In this document: piece after piece, positions 1 to 12,415 of the stretch | Layout of the letters: each line of letters opens with the position of its first letter | Numbering within the stretch: the stretch's first letter is position 1 | NCBI RefSeq assembly: GCF_009914755.1 | Contig: NC_060944.1 | DNA length: 64,000 nucleotides | Reading direction: 5' to 3' (one strand) | Source of the DNA: the human T2T-CHM13v2.0 reference genome, Homo sapiens | Translations under genes and position numbers: made by a program | The notes under the pieces: model-generated | Database searches by the model: none | What the model was told of the DNA's origin: nothing | The model's input: the letters and a program-made list of their open reading frames with translations, nothing else

Positions 1-355
1 CCATGGGCTTGTGACAGATGGAACCAGGTTTAGATTCCTTTGTGGGAACTTATTTTCTGTGTCACCTAGGGTATATTCTTAATTCTTCTTTTTCAATTAG
101 CTCAACTGTAGTATCAAAGTAATTGCACTTTGCTGGTTGCAACCTTTCAGGTTGTAAGGATCAAAGGCAGGCTCAGGTTACCCTGGAGATCAGGGATTAC
201 TAAAAGGAATGCAGGCACTTAAGGAAACGTAGCAAGTGATCACTACACAGGATGCAGCAGAACCTTCCTAAGAAGCTCTGCCACCATATTCATGGTAGAG
301 TTTCTTCCTGTCTCATCTTCCCTCTTTATGTCTGTTTCTACTCTGCCAACACAGC

Positions 356-1060
<705 letters not shown>

Positions 1061-1326
1061 CAACATGGCTTTTTTCTTCTTTCTACCACTCTTTCCCTGT
1101 CTCTGTCTTTCATTTAAACCTCACCAACAGAGAGAATACCATTGAGTCAGGAGGTGACCACCCATTAGGGACCCTCCACTGGTTAGAGTGCTCATTTTAG
1201 GCTTCCTCAGAGCTAGCTCAGCCCATGGATGGTTGCATTTGATTCAGGATCCCTGGAACCATCTGCAAAGGCAAGGCCAATAGGGTCATATGACATTAAA
1301 CACAGCTATGTTGCTCAGTAAGGGAC

Positions 1327-1805
1327 TGTCCTTGGTAAGCTCCACCTGCCCCTTCAGATCCATTCTCCACTCTTCTCTGCCCTGCTATGTACCCTGAAGG
1401 CTGAGCTCTATAAACTGCATTGCCTGTGCTGTCTTGTTCCCATTAGGTGTGGCCAATGGGAAGCATTGGAAGGCGATCAGATGATGAAGGAGAGAGAAGT
1501 TGGGGTATGTATTCTTCATCTGTCCCTTACCATGTGGCCATGGTTTTGGCAGGGTCCACAGCCTCTATTAATCAGCATCCCCACCTTGGCTACAACTCTC
1601 TGGCATTTTAGTAGCAGCTCTTTTCTCCAGCCCTACAGGTGGTAATGGCTTCCCACTTCTGCTGGACGCTGGGTGCTTCACCATCCCTAGTTGGTTCCCT
1701 TAATTCCGACCATAGTTTTGTAAATAATCCCTTCCTGCCACTCTTGTTAGTGAACCCTTTCAGTGAAACAGGTCTTACATGATGGAAGCTTGACTGACTG
1801 ATACA
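1327..1805 (+). mobile_element. Solo ERVL LTR, LTR33-like
   Basis: TG...CA termini (TGTCC...TGATACA); near-TSD GGGAC (1322-1326) / GGGAT (1806-1810); resembles recalled LTR33 consensus (CTCCACCTGCCCCTTCAGATCC, TTTGTAAATA). Confidence 0.75.
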
Positions 1806-1831
1806 GGGATTTTAGGTATGGTGGATCTCAA
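1414..1831 (+). repeat. Right arm (donor) of 418-bp inverted repeat
   Basis: Reverse complement of 378-795; embedded in an intact LTR and its flank, so it is the original copy. Confidence 0.97.
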
Positions 1832-3132
1832 CATATATCATGCATGGGCTATCCAGGACAAACACTCAACTTCAGGGGTAGTTGTAAGAATTGAGTTTAT
1901 GTTCCTAAGGACCTGATGCATCAGGGGACTCAACAACTAGCAGCTGCTGTCATCATTACTTTTGCCATGTCTCTGTGGAAGAAGCTAATCAAAATTATGT
2001 GTTTCAGAGACATAAAGTCTTCACACATGTCCCATCTAGTTTCTTCAGTGACTTGAAAGTAGTCACTTCCAAAATAATGGGAATGATGTTTGTACACTCA
2101 TCGGTGGCCCGATTCTCAAATGAAATGATGTTTAATTTTCTGGAGCAAATTCAGAGAGAAGGGGATGTGACAAAGTTTTGTGAGATATCATTTAAGGGCA
2201 TGATATGGAGCACCTATCATTATCGCATGACTGAAACAACGTGATAGAGTGAATCTCAGCTGAGGTCGGAGGAGACAGGAGAGGTAGCTCAGAACGTGAA
2301 GAAGTAAAGAAAAGGGCCGCTATCATTGGATTGTTGCTGCTGTCTCGTTGTAATAAAAATTTTGGGCAACCAGGAATCTGCGACAGAATATCAGGAAAGA
2401 TATCACATATATAGCTAATCAGAAAAAAAACAACAACAGTGTGTTAGACATGGAAGGTTTTCAGACATAGCCCAGTTCAAGTGTCTTTTTCTACAAATGA
2501 GCAAGCTGAGGCCTCGAGGGCTCCATGCCTAGGTCAGGAATGACAAATGTGTGGTGCATGTGTGACCACCCGTTCTCCCATGCCCGGGATACACACAACC
2601 AACTGACCATGGCGATTGTTTCCGCCAAGCCCAAATAAGACCTAAGACACCTCCATTCAGTGCTCTAGGCAGGCACCAGCAATCCAGCTCATCATAGACA
2701 CTGCAACTCATGTGTCATCCCTGGACTAGAAGTAGTCTCTCACTTCTAGACGTAAAATTCAGTGATTATAACTCTTGTTAGTGACAGAGCAAAACAGTCC
2801 AATTTTGCCTTTTAAGTCTTTAATTTTCAAGTTTTATCTGCATGTGGATTATCTGGAATATAATTTGTAAATGACATGTGTAATTTATACAGATGCTGCA
2901 GCCGCAGGCATGAGAGGAAGGCAGGCTGGATGTCTCTGTTCAACATTTGTCATCCAGTCTGAAAGTTTCCCAGGCATGATTTATCTTTTTCTCTTTCTGC
3001 TACCTTCCTTTGAACTATTTATCCATGAATTAAACCACCTCCATAGACCAATTTGAGGAAGCTCGCATCAATCTATTCTTCTCTATGTTTGGCTAAAATG
3101 TTTAGTTGACCCCACATTTCTAGATCATTTGC

Positions 3133-3660
3133 TGTTGTGCTGAACCTCTATGGACTCCAGTGGGGTAGGCACCATGTTCAAGCGGTTGAAGAAGAGACCC
3201 AGAGCCAGCAAATGAGACATGGGGTTTTACTGGGGTCTACATACCGGGGAGAGAGTCTAGTGGTGGTGAGCTGGGCAGGAGAACTGCCTTACATATGGTC
3301 CAGTGGCGGTGAGCTGGACAAGATAACTGCATGGCCCAGAGGTGGCAGACTAGGTGGGAAAACCACAACAGCTTGCAAAATGCATGCAGTTTATATAGTG
3401 TTTCCACTTAGTGCCTTCCCACTAACAACCTCCACCTGGCAATCATCATTCAACCTAAAACTTGGGGCCTTGATCCCCTATATGGCCAGTGTTCTATGGA
3501 ATGGGACAGGGACTCAGATGTTCCTTGTAGACAAGGAAGGAACTCTGGGCTGGCAACTCCTGGATTCCCTAGCTCAGAACACACATTCAGGTCCATCTTC
3601 CATACAGGGTCATCCTAAGGGTATGCCTAAGTTATTGCTATCAGATGCATTTATCATACA
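3133..3660 (-). mobile_element. Solo ERVL LTR, LTR47-like
   Basis: TG...CA termini, exact 5-bp TSD TTTGC (3128-3132 / 3661-3665); minus strand starts TGTATGATAAATGCATCTGATAGCAATAACTTAGGCATACCC. Confidence 0.8.
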
Positions 3661-3851
3661 TTTGCTTCCAGTTTTAGTCATCTATTGTCATTTATCCACC
3701 ATTCTGGTGAAGGACAGCAGTGGCTCCAACGAACAATTGTGCCCATTTACTCATGATGCACACCATTCAGCAATTTGAAAGGGCCATGAAGGAGCCTCAG
3801 CAAATCTAAATCTAATCTAATCTTTTATTCTTCCTTTTGCTCTCAGTAGCC

Positions 3852-3935
3852 TATGTGTTGAACCATGTGAACTTGCTGATATTCAACTGTTTTTAAACTA
3901 CAAAAATGTCAATTTCACATGGTTCAATCTAAAAT
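3852..3935. mobile_element. MADE2 mariner-derived MITE (palindromic, about 80 bp)
   Basis: TIRs TTGAACCATGTGAA...TTCACATGGTTCAA around a short core typical of MADE2. Confidence 0.8.
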
Positions 3936-4118
3936 GTATCACTTACACCTTTGCACTTTTGTGCAGAAATCTCTGAAAATATAGATGCACAGAGTAGATT
4001 TTAGTAGTTAATAATACTTTTTTTTTTTTTTACCTGAGAGCGATTATGTACTATGCAGTAGTGACCAGAGTCACCTGCTGTCATTAGGTCAGTGTCAGGT
4101 TGAGAGAAGGGAACCCAG

Positions 4119-4232
4119 AGCTGGGGCCTGTGGCACGTGCCTGTAATCCCAGCTACTCCCGAGGCTGATGCAGGCGGATTGCTTATGCTGAGGAGTTTGA
4201 CACTAGCCTAGGCAACATAACAAGTTCCCTTC
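4119..4232 (+). mobile_element. Free Alu monomer (FLAM-like)
   Basis: GCCTGTAATCCCAGCTACTC...GAGGAGTTTGACACTAGCCTAGGCAACATA; single arm only. Confidence 0.8.
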
Positions 4233-4744
4233 CCCCCACCTCTCCCCCAAAAAGAGCAAAGGAAATCCTACCAAGCTTGGCAATCCATTCTGTGCTACTC
4301 AAAGAAGATAAGACCCAGACAGGGCAGATGCACTGAACAACTCCAGGTGGTGCCTTCCACATTCCAGTTAATGTGTGTAATGGCCACGGAAGCAGGAGTT
4401 TATTTTCTTCCTACCTATAACCTACCACCCTGTACAGTATACATTGAAAAAATGGGCCCCAAAGACTTAAATGTTTAACCTGAGTGGTTGTTGGCCAGGG
4501 TCTCTATGGAGCCTCTGATGTTAATGAGAAAGGTCAGACAGATACATAGAAAGTTCAGGAGTCTTAAACTGTCTGCCTATTGATCCCATAAGTTGGTCAA
4601 ATGGTTTTGTTTGGAGTTTTGTTTCACCCAATTGTCTAAAACCTTTCAGTTTCATTCATTCTCATTATGTGCATGGATCCCATGAAAGTGGTTGCCATTT
4701 TGGTTTTTAATTTAGATGCTTCAGAGATAACAATGGGATATATA

Positions 4745-4960
4745 GTAGGTAGGAACTTGGGCTGTATCCTTTGGAGGTAGATGAACAAGTTTCTCAATCC
4801 AGCTTTGCTACTTCTAAGGCTGTGAGTGGAAGTAATTTTGCCTTTCTAAGCCTGTTTTCCCCACTGTGCAATGGTGATAGTAACTGAACATACTTCATAA
4901 GTGATTTGCTAATGCACATGATGTGCTTTGTAAGAGGTACCTAGTACTTAAAAACGTTAG
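4745..4960 (+). mobile_element. MIR remnant
   Basis: Degenerate MIR core (AAGCCTGTTTTCCCCACTGTGCAATGGTGATAGTAA). Confidence 0.55.
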
Positions 4961-5019
4961 TAGCGGCCATCACTTGTACAATACTTCTCCAACACAGTTT
5001 GCAAAGCGGGGTGAACGTG

Positions 5020-5447
5020 TACCCTGCCAAAATTCTTTTACAAGCTTGCTGCATCAATCCCAGCTTCTGCCAACAGCTTGAACCTGTGACCTTCTGAAAG
5101 TTACCTCTGGGCACTTGGAGATGCTTTACTTGCCGAGAGCCATAAGTGCCTGGGAGTGTACATTTCCAACCAATACCAGCCTGACCATCTGTAGCCAAGG
5201 ACTAGCTAGGGTACGACTGTGAAAGCCCTGCTCCTTTGCCTTGATTCAGGACAAACTCTGAGGTATAATTTATGCTCTAGCGATTTATGCAAGCTGAGGC
5301 AGGGACTGGAAATTTGTAGGGAATATCAACTCTGGCTCGACTTCTTCCCCTTTTCGGTCCAGCATTCCCCACCTGGTGCTTTCTGGTAGCACTTCCTTAA
5401 TCTGTGAATCCTGGCCTCAGTCTGCCTCCTAGCAACCTGACTAACTA
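5020..5447 (+). mobile_element. LTR16-family ERVL LTR
   Basis: GGACAAACTCTGAGGTATAATTTATGCTC and 3' GAATCCTGGCCTCAGTCTGCCTCCTAGCAACCTGACTAA resemble LTR16. Confidence 0.55.
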
Positions 5448-7039
5448 TAAACGGGACTGTGTTTCACCTACACAAAACGTCAGGTAGGATTCCCACTTTA
5501 CCGACGTGGAATATGGAGGCTCACCTGACTTGCAGAAGTTCCCTCTTGCCAGTAGGTAACAAGCAGCACCTGGCTCCAGCTGCGCTGTCTTGGGAGGCAC
5601 ACCTGATCCAAGTCAGTTGTCTCCATTCCCCACTGTTAATTTTAAGACTAAGCGAAAGGCTAGAGTGGCTGATCTTATAAGGCATTTGGTATTGAGAAAA
5701 GAGAGGAAAACTTAAACAAGGCTAAAGAAAAGGGTCGAAAATCTTATCATAAAGGCTGGATCCTGTTGCTTTTGAAACTGCATCGTAGAGAGTATTCCCT
5801 GATATCAGCAAAAAGGGGCTGGGACCTGAGGGTTATTGTATTTCTACATGCAGACTATACTGCAGCCTGCTTGATGCTGGCATCGGCTTGCTTCGTGCTT
5901 AAACCGCTTATTAAAGTCTAGACGCAACATAAAAGCACGTAAATTGGTTCCAGCCATCTCTAGTAAAAACTTCAGCTGGAGCTAGGAAGTGATTGGAGCA
6001 TCTCTTGGTGTAATTAAAATTGACTCTTAAAGTTTCTTTAGCTTAATTGGTAACACTTTCTTTGGAGGTTGGTGAAAGCGTCTTGCTGGGAAGGTTAAAT
6101 GCATTTCTGTGTATAAGATCAGAATTCAAATATAGTTTTATGGACACATTTACAGTTATGTTCTACCCGGGTGGTCTTTTTTCCCTGTATCTTTTCTATT
6201 TAAGATTTATGCTGTCATTCACCACAGTCTAAATGTGTTTTGATAAAAGGAAAAAAAATGAACCGTTGCTGACGCATTTCAAACAGACAGTTGGTAATAT
6301 TTTGAAGCTTTCAGTAAATTGAACTGCAGTTTGGCTTAACCCGAGCTCCTTCTTTCCCCCAAACCCTTCACTTAGAGTCTAGCGCTTAAGCTTTGTTTGT
6401 TATCCAGAAATTAAAGTAGCTACTACTATTTAGCTGTGTCCAAAGGTAGGAAACCAGGCATTTTCTAAGATAGCCACGGCTTTGCTGTGACCGAATGCCT
6501 TTGACTCCCATTATTTGAGAATGAATGTGTTTATGTGCGTGGATATGTTTATATGTGCTGGGACTTCTCTTCTTTGGCATTGCTTCTTGAGGGTCTTGTC
6601 AGTGTGATACATTCTGATAGGCAAAAGGCCTAGGCTTTCCATTTTTGGAGAGTAATCATGGACGAAGCTTCCAATTCTCTGGACTGTCCTTAATTCAGAC
6701 TTGGGAGAGGACCTGCTTTAATTTACATTTGTGAACATTGACTCTTCATGATTTCCAGGGCAAGGATTTGATCCTTATTGTAGGAATCTATTTTGATCCA
6801 TCCCTATAGAGCAGAGGGACTACCTTCCTTGAAATCAGTTCAATATTATCTCTTTGTGTGTATGTGGTGTTGCAAAACAATGTTATGAAGACCATAAAGG
6901 AAATAAAAATCACTCTGATTCTAGGATCCAAATGCAACAACTGCTTATATTTCTGTGTTTTTTTTCCTAATACTTGTCTACAGGCTTATATAGTTTCAGT
7001 TTTTGTTATATAGGTATAATTTTTAACCAATAATCTTTT

Positions 7040-7930
7040 AAAAAATACCGAGTTAATTTTTCTCATTAAGTACGTACTTGTTATAGAACATTTAAAAATA
7101 TAACAAAGTGTAGTACCAATTGCTCAAACACAATGCTTGCTAAGATTTTAGTGTTTATTTCTTCAAACTTTTATATATGCCTTGCTTTGCCTCTTCTATG
7201 TGCAATATGAACAAGAATTGTATTCATATTGCATATATAATTATGATTTCTGTCTTTTTATTTCACATGATTTTAATAATATATTATTATAAATTTTTGA
7301 TAAATATTTAAATGGTTACATAATAATATGCTACATTAACAGGCTGTAATTTGCTTTAGCATTCTTTTACTAGAAGATAATGTTCCATTTTATTTTTTGC
7401 TATTGTAATGCTACAAATGGGCAGGATAATTCTAAATTCAGATTTGTTTGTTTTCTGCATCCAGAATTATTTCCTTTCCATAGATTCCAAAAGATGAACT
7501 TATATCATCAAAAGGAGTGAAAAGATTTAAGGCTCTTGATAATATTGCCAAATGTATTTCCAAAATGTTCTATCAATTTACAGTCTTATTAGCAACATAC
7601 AGAGCTACCATTATTGGTTATGGCCAATGATGTTAGTGTTTTACCATTTTGGTAGAAAGCAGCATCTTGTTCAGTTTGCATATCTCTGGTGACAATAAGG
7701 TTGTTCTGTTTCCTTTGTGTTATCTAATTCCATATCCTTTCAAACGAATCATCTGTTCTCATCCTTTGCTGACTTAGCTTTTGAATTTTTGTACTTTAAA
7801 AAACATTGATCTGTGATATATAGTATACATATTAACTATATTTTGATCTTTTTTTATATTTTCTGCAATTTGCAAGAGCAGTGTTTTGTTTACTTGGTAT
7901 GTTAGATGATGTGAGTGTAAATACCATTTC
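7040..7930 (-). mobile_element. Old L1M 3' fragment
   Basis: T-rich, L1-like antisense phrases (ATTGCCAAATGTATTTCCAAAATG, TTTGCATATCTCTG). Confidence 0.55.
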
Positions 7931-8437
7931 TGCATACTTTGTGGTGACTGGGCATTCTGGGAGGGCAGTAGTGCTGTCATTGAGATGACATGATCTCTGT
8001 TTCCAGGGAGACCGACTTGCACCCCAGCTCTGATACTAGTGATGCCTTTCACATTTCAGGTGTCAAGCCCAGATTTTGCTCACATCACTTCTTTCCATAT
8101 GGAAATCCTACATACCCTTTAAGGCCTAGGTCACATGTAATCTCTTCCAGTTTCCTGGTCTCCTTCCATTGCTTCTTCCTGGTTAGTAATCCCAAAGATC
8201 TGTGCTTCATTCGAGAGAGAACCCTTCTCAAGATCTGGAGGAGAATTTTTGGGGGAAGTTTTCCTGGGAGTTTTATTTTCTTATAGAACTACCAGTAAAG
8301 TTATTGAAGTCCATTTAATGATTGGCAGAAATGAATGTGGATGGGATAACTTGATTTTAAGCTGAAAGAAGAGGAAAAGGATAGTTTTTTCTATCTTGTT
8401 TTGCATTCTTTTTCACCTCCTGCATATAGTTGGGGCT

Positions 8438-8480
8438 GTGTGTGTGTGTGTGTGTACATTTTTGTGTGTGAGTGTGTGCA
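8438..8480. repeat. (TG)n microsatellite, interrupted
   Basis: Direct reading. Confidence 0.9.
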
Positions 8481-8489
8481 TGCACCCAA

Positions 8490-9000
8490 GCCTAGATTCC
8501 ACTGAAAAGCAGAACCAGAGGCAAGGGGTTGCGTGCAGGTTGTTTTAGGAAATGATTCCAGGGATCAGAAGCAGGAGATTGGGGAGAGTGAAGTAGGGAA
8601 AGAAGAAAAGCCAATTTCATGGTGAATTATTGAGCTGATTCTTGCTGTGGGTACTAGGGCTCAGTCCAGAGCCCCCAGAAGCCATGCAGGATTGTCTTCT
8701 GAGAAGAAGGGAGTATTTCTCCACTGGTTTCCATTACTCATGGTCAAGGATGCCCCATGAGTTAATTCCCTTACACTTCTAAGTTTGCATGTGTGCCAGA
8801 ATGGCTGGTTGGGTTCTTTCTGGCATCCTACATGACTGTGGCATAGAAAGGCCCAGTATAGAAAGTGAGAGGTACATGATATAGTTGAGCTGAAGTGCTG
8901 TCAGGTTACATCACATACATCTGGTTGCAGCAACAATGCTGTAGTGGAAAGTGGGGGTGGTGGTAAGAGACCCTAGGAAGTGCACAAGAGGAGTCAGACA
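8490..9000 (-). mobile_element. LTR16-family ERVL LTR
   Basis: AAGCAGAACCAGAGGCAAGGGGTTGCGTGCAGGTTGTTTT resembles the reverse complement of the LTR16 3' end. Confidence 0.5.
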
Positions 9001-9104
9001 TGGTGTGCATGTATTATAACCTCATGTGTGCTTTCCCTGTTTAATTAGGTAGATTTGGAGCCTGGGTGGATGCAGCATCTATTTAATCTTGATGTTTTTC
9101 TTTG

Positions 9105-9560
9105 TGAACCCACACCTCACTTTCTTTCAGTGAAGGTGTCCCCCATTCACTACCTCCACCTCTTATGTCCTCCAGGCCTGGCCAATGAGAACATTGCATT
9201 TCCCCAACCAAAGTGATTGACTCAGGGACGGGGATGTGATACAGCCAGAATCGAGAGAACCAATCAAGGCTTTCCCAGGACTAATGGGGAAAAAACACCT
9301 TTTCTTTTTCTATTTGAAAGATGTAAGACTGTAGCTTCAGGGGTACCACTCAGAGCTTGAAAAACAAATGAATAAAGCAGGAGATGGAGCTGAGATCCAA
9401 AGAAAAACCAGGTCCTGATGGGATGGCATTGTTTGAATTCTTGAATTCAGCCACCCATGGAAATTTCAAGTTACATTAACCAGTTAAATACTTGTTTTTG
9501 CTGAAGCCAATTTGATAAGGGGTTTCCATCACTTGCAACCAAAAGATACCAATAGATACT
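9105..9560 (+). mobile_element. MLT1-family MaLR LTR
   Basis: CCAGGCCTGGCCAATGAGA and terminal TCACTTGCAACCAAAAGA...AATAGATAC. Confidence 0.6.
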
Positions 9561-9971
9561 TTGAGTTTACTCTCATTTAAGGTCAATCTTACTTTTTATT
9601 TTACTTCATTCATTCAAATAATATTTAATGAGTGCCTACTCTGTACCTGATGTTGTGAAAAAGTTCAGCTTCCAGTTGCATGGAGAAGAAAGAGATATGT
9701 AAAATAAAGCTCAGCTCTACTTTAATTTTCTGGAATACAGAACAAATTACCTTTAGGTAGGTATGTCTTTGAGCAACAGCTGATTGCCAGAAGGCATAGA
9801 GGAAATTTTTGGCTCTAAAAATAACTCAAGAGATGAGAGAGATTCAAGCCTAAGGGAAATTGGGAGGGGTGGGAGGGAGGAGGAAGGACACCTTTTATTG
9901 AAAATATATAATGGTGGTAATATTTGCAGAGTATCAAGAAATGGTCACAAATATAATTTCTATTACATGAT

Positions 9972-10462
9972 ATATCAGTTATCTATTGCTGCAATAATGC
10001 AACATCACACGTAGCCATACAGCTTCGCATGCATGTGACAATAAACCTTTTTGTTCATAAATCTATGGTTTGGCTGAGTGGTTGTGCCAATCTGAGCCAG
10101 GCTTGGTAGGGCTTACTCATATGTCTATCAGCTTGGGTTTGGCTGGGTAACTTTGCGGATCTTGGCTGGACTTCCTCACATGTCTGAGACCTTGACTGGG
10201 ACATTTGGGGCCTGCTCTACATGTCTCTACCTTGAGCAGTTTAGCCAAGGCATGCTTATATGTGAAGCTGAGGAGCAACAGACTAAATGGAAACCCATTT
10301 CAAGCCTTTGCCCACATCACCTTTGCTGATATTTAATTGACCAAAACAAATCACAGGGCTAAATTTAGGGACATGAGGCAGGCACTACAACATTATATAG
10401 CCAAGGGTAGAGAACCAGGGGAAGGTAAAGAATTGAGACCATTTTTACAACCTGTCTACCAT
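9972..10462 (-). mobile_element. MLT1-family MaLR LTR
   Basis: Starts TATATCAGTTATCTATTGCTGC; internal TTGACCAAAACAAATCACAGGGC. Confidence 0.65.
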
Positions 10463-11129
10463 ACTTGGTTGGCTTATACGTAGTTTATTAAAATTAATAT
10501 TAGTATAATTGATTTGATTTGTTGAAATGTAGTTCATTTAGTCCCTGAGTTCCCAGAAAAATAAAACTCTTGACAGCTGAGTCTTGGTCAAATCAGCTCC
10601 CCTCTAAACACATGGGGGCTTTGCCTTTTCTCCATAGGAAAACCCCAATATTTTGGATTTGTTAAAAACAAAAAGATGTCTTTTGGATTTAAAATATGCT
10701 ACCTTTCTTTACAGAGTTTAGATTTCCTAAGCTGGAAGCTATGTATACCTTTTTCACCAAGGTCAGCTCTGAGCCTATGATATTCACTGTCTTTGTGAAC
10801 AAATTCTAGGGCTCTCTACTATGTTCCCCTTCCATATTTCAGATAGGGTCTTAAAAGGCTGATTGCTTTGGATATGCACGGATCAGAGAATGATTACAAT
10901 TGGCTTTTTAAAGAATTTATTATATTTTTACTTTTTTTCTGATGTTATGGATTTATGTAATATTTGAGCTTTGTAATCCCTGAAATTTTTACTTAAAATA
11001 AATCTCAGGGTTTTTTTCCCTCTCTATCCCTTATAGGTTTCCAACTCTGAAGGGTGGTTGAGCTCAAGACACTGAATAGGCCCCTATATCTAGCAACCAT
11101 TTTTGTTTAACTGCAAGAGTTTTGAAAGT

Positions 11130-11330
11130 TGGTAGTCTAGGTTTGAAACCAGGTTCTACTGTTATTATTAGTTGGATAGCTTAAAGCAAATTTTTCATTT
11201 TCAGCCTGAGCTTACCTCTCTGAAAAATAGGTGTCACATTACCTACTTTATAGTGTGAAACGAGATAACACATGTGAAGCCCTTTGCCCAGTGCTTTACA
11301 GGTAGTTAGTGCTCAATAAATGGAGACTGT
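11130..11330 (+). mobile_element. MIR
   Basis: MIR core and 3' end (GTGCTCAATAAATGG). Confidence 0.65.
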
Positions 11331-11392
11331 TCTTAGCCTACTTTGTGGCCTCCAGTTCATTGCCATCAAAAGTATTTTAGAACATCAGCTTC

Positions 11393-11752
11393 TGTATTAG
11401 TCTGTTCTCACACTGCTAATATAGACATATCCAAAGACTGGGTAATTTATAAAGGAAAGAGGCTTAATGGACTTACAGTTCCAGTTGACTGGGGAGGCCT
11501 CACAATCATGGCAGAAGGTGGATGAGGAGTGAAGTCACATCTTACATGGTGGCAGGCAAGAGAGTGTGCAGAGGGAAACTCCCCTTTATAAAACCATCAG
11601 ATCTTCTGAGACTTATGCATTGTCATGAGAACAGCATGGGAAAAACCCATCCCCAGGATTCAATTACCTCCCATTGGGTCCCTCCCACAACACATGGGTA
11701 TGATTACAATTAGAGGTGAGATTTGGATGGGACACAGAGCCACACCGTATCA
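11393..11752 (-). mobile_element. THE1-family MaLR solo LTR
   Basis: TGTATTAGTCTGTTCTCACACTGCT...GGGACACAGAGCCACACCGTATCA; about 360 bp with TG...CA termini. Confidence 0.9.
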
Positions 11753-12047
11753 GCCTTCCTATCCTGAGAAACCTTGCTCAGGCTGGTGATGGAAGCTCAG
11801 AAACTATTTATATAAGACACTTCCCAAGGAGGACACAAGCTTGGGAGATGTTGACAGGAATGACTCCAGCAGGTGGGAAGTTGCAGGAGGAAGGACATGG
11901 AGCTGACTACTTGTCCTGCTACTGTGGGAATTTCATGTGTCTGTTCTCATCATTATTCAGATGCTCTGCTCATACCTCAAGCCTCTTATTTGCATAATTC
12001 ACTCCCCCGTTTCCTTTCAAGTGTCCCTCACTCTCAACAAGATGTTA

Positions 12048-12360
12048 TGAATTTGTTTGCTCTTGCTTCTCTAGTTCTTTTAATTGTGATGTTAGGGTGT
12101 CAATTTTAGATCTTTCCTGCTTTCTCTTGTGGGCATTTAGTGCTATAAATTTCCCTCTACACACTGCTTTAAATGTGTCCCAGAGATTCTGGTACATTGT
12201 GTCTTTGTTCTTACTGGTTTCAAAGAACATCTTTATTTCTGCCTTCATTTCATTATTTACCCAGTAGTTATTCAGGAGGAGGTTGTTCAGTTTCCATGTA
12301 GTTGTGTGGTTTCAAGTGAGTTTCTTAATCCTGAGTTCTAATTTGATTGCACTGTGGTCT
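12048..12360 (-). mobile_element. Inverted 5' segment of L1PA (ORF2)
   Basis: Minus-strand translation [37 protein letters not shown] is L1 ORF2; ends just upstream of where the sense piece starts, as expected for twin priming. Confidence 0.92.
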
Positions 12361-12415
12361 TAGAGGTGTTTATAGTATTCTTTGATGGTAGTTTGTATTT
12401 CTGTGGGATCGGTGG
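12361..12415 (-). mobile_element. 55-bp extra inverted L1 fragment at the inversion junction
   Basis: Reverse complement matches 12614-12668 at 50/55 positions. Confidence 0.88.

Noticed and set aside
3137-3778. 213-aa ORF, the longest outside L1
   Set aside because: Starts at GTG, runs antisense through a solo LTR with TSD, and has no recognisable domain.
3852-3935. Hairpin as a novel ncRNA
   Set aside because: Explained by MADE2 terminal inverted repeats.
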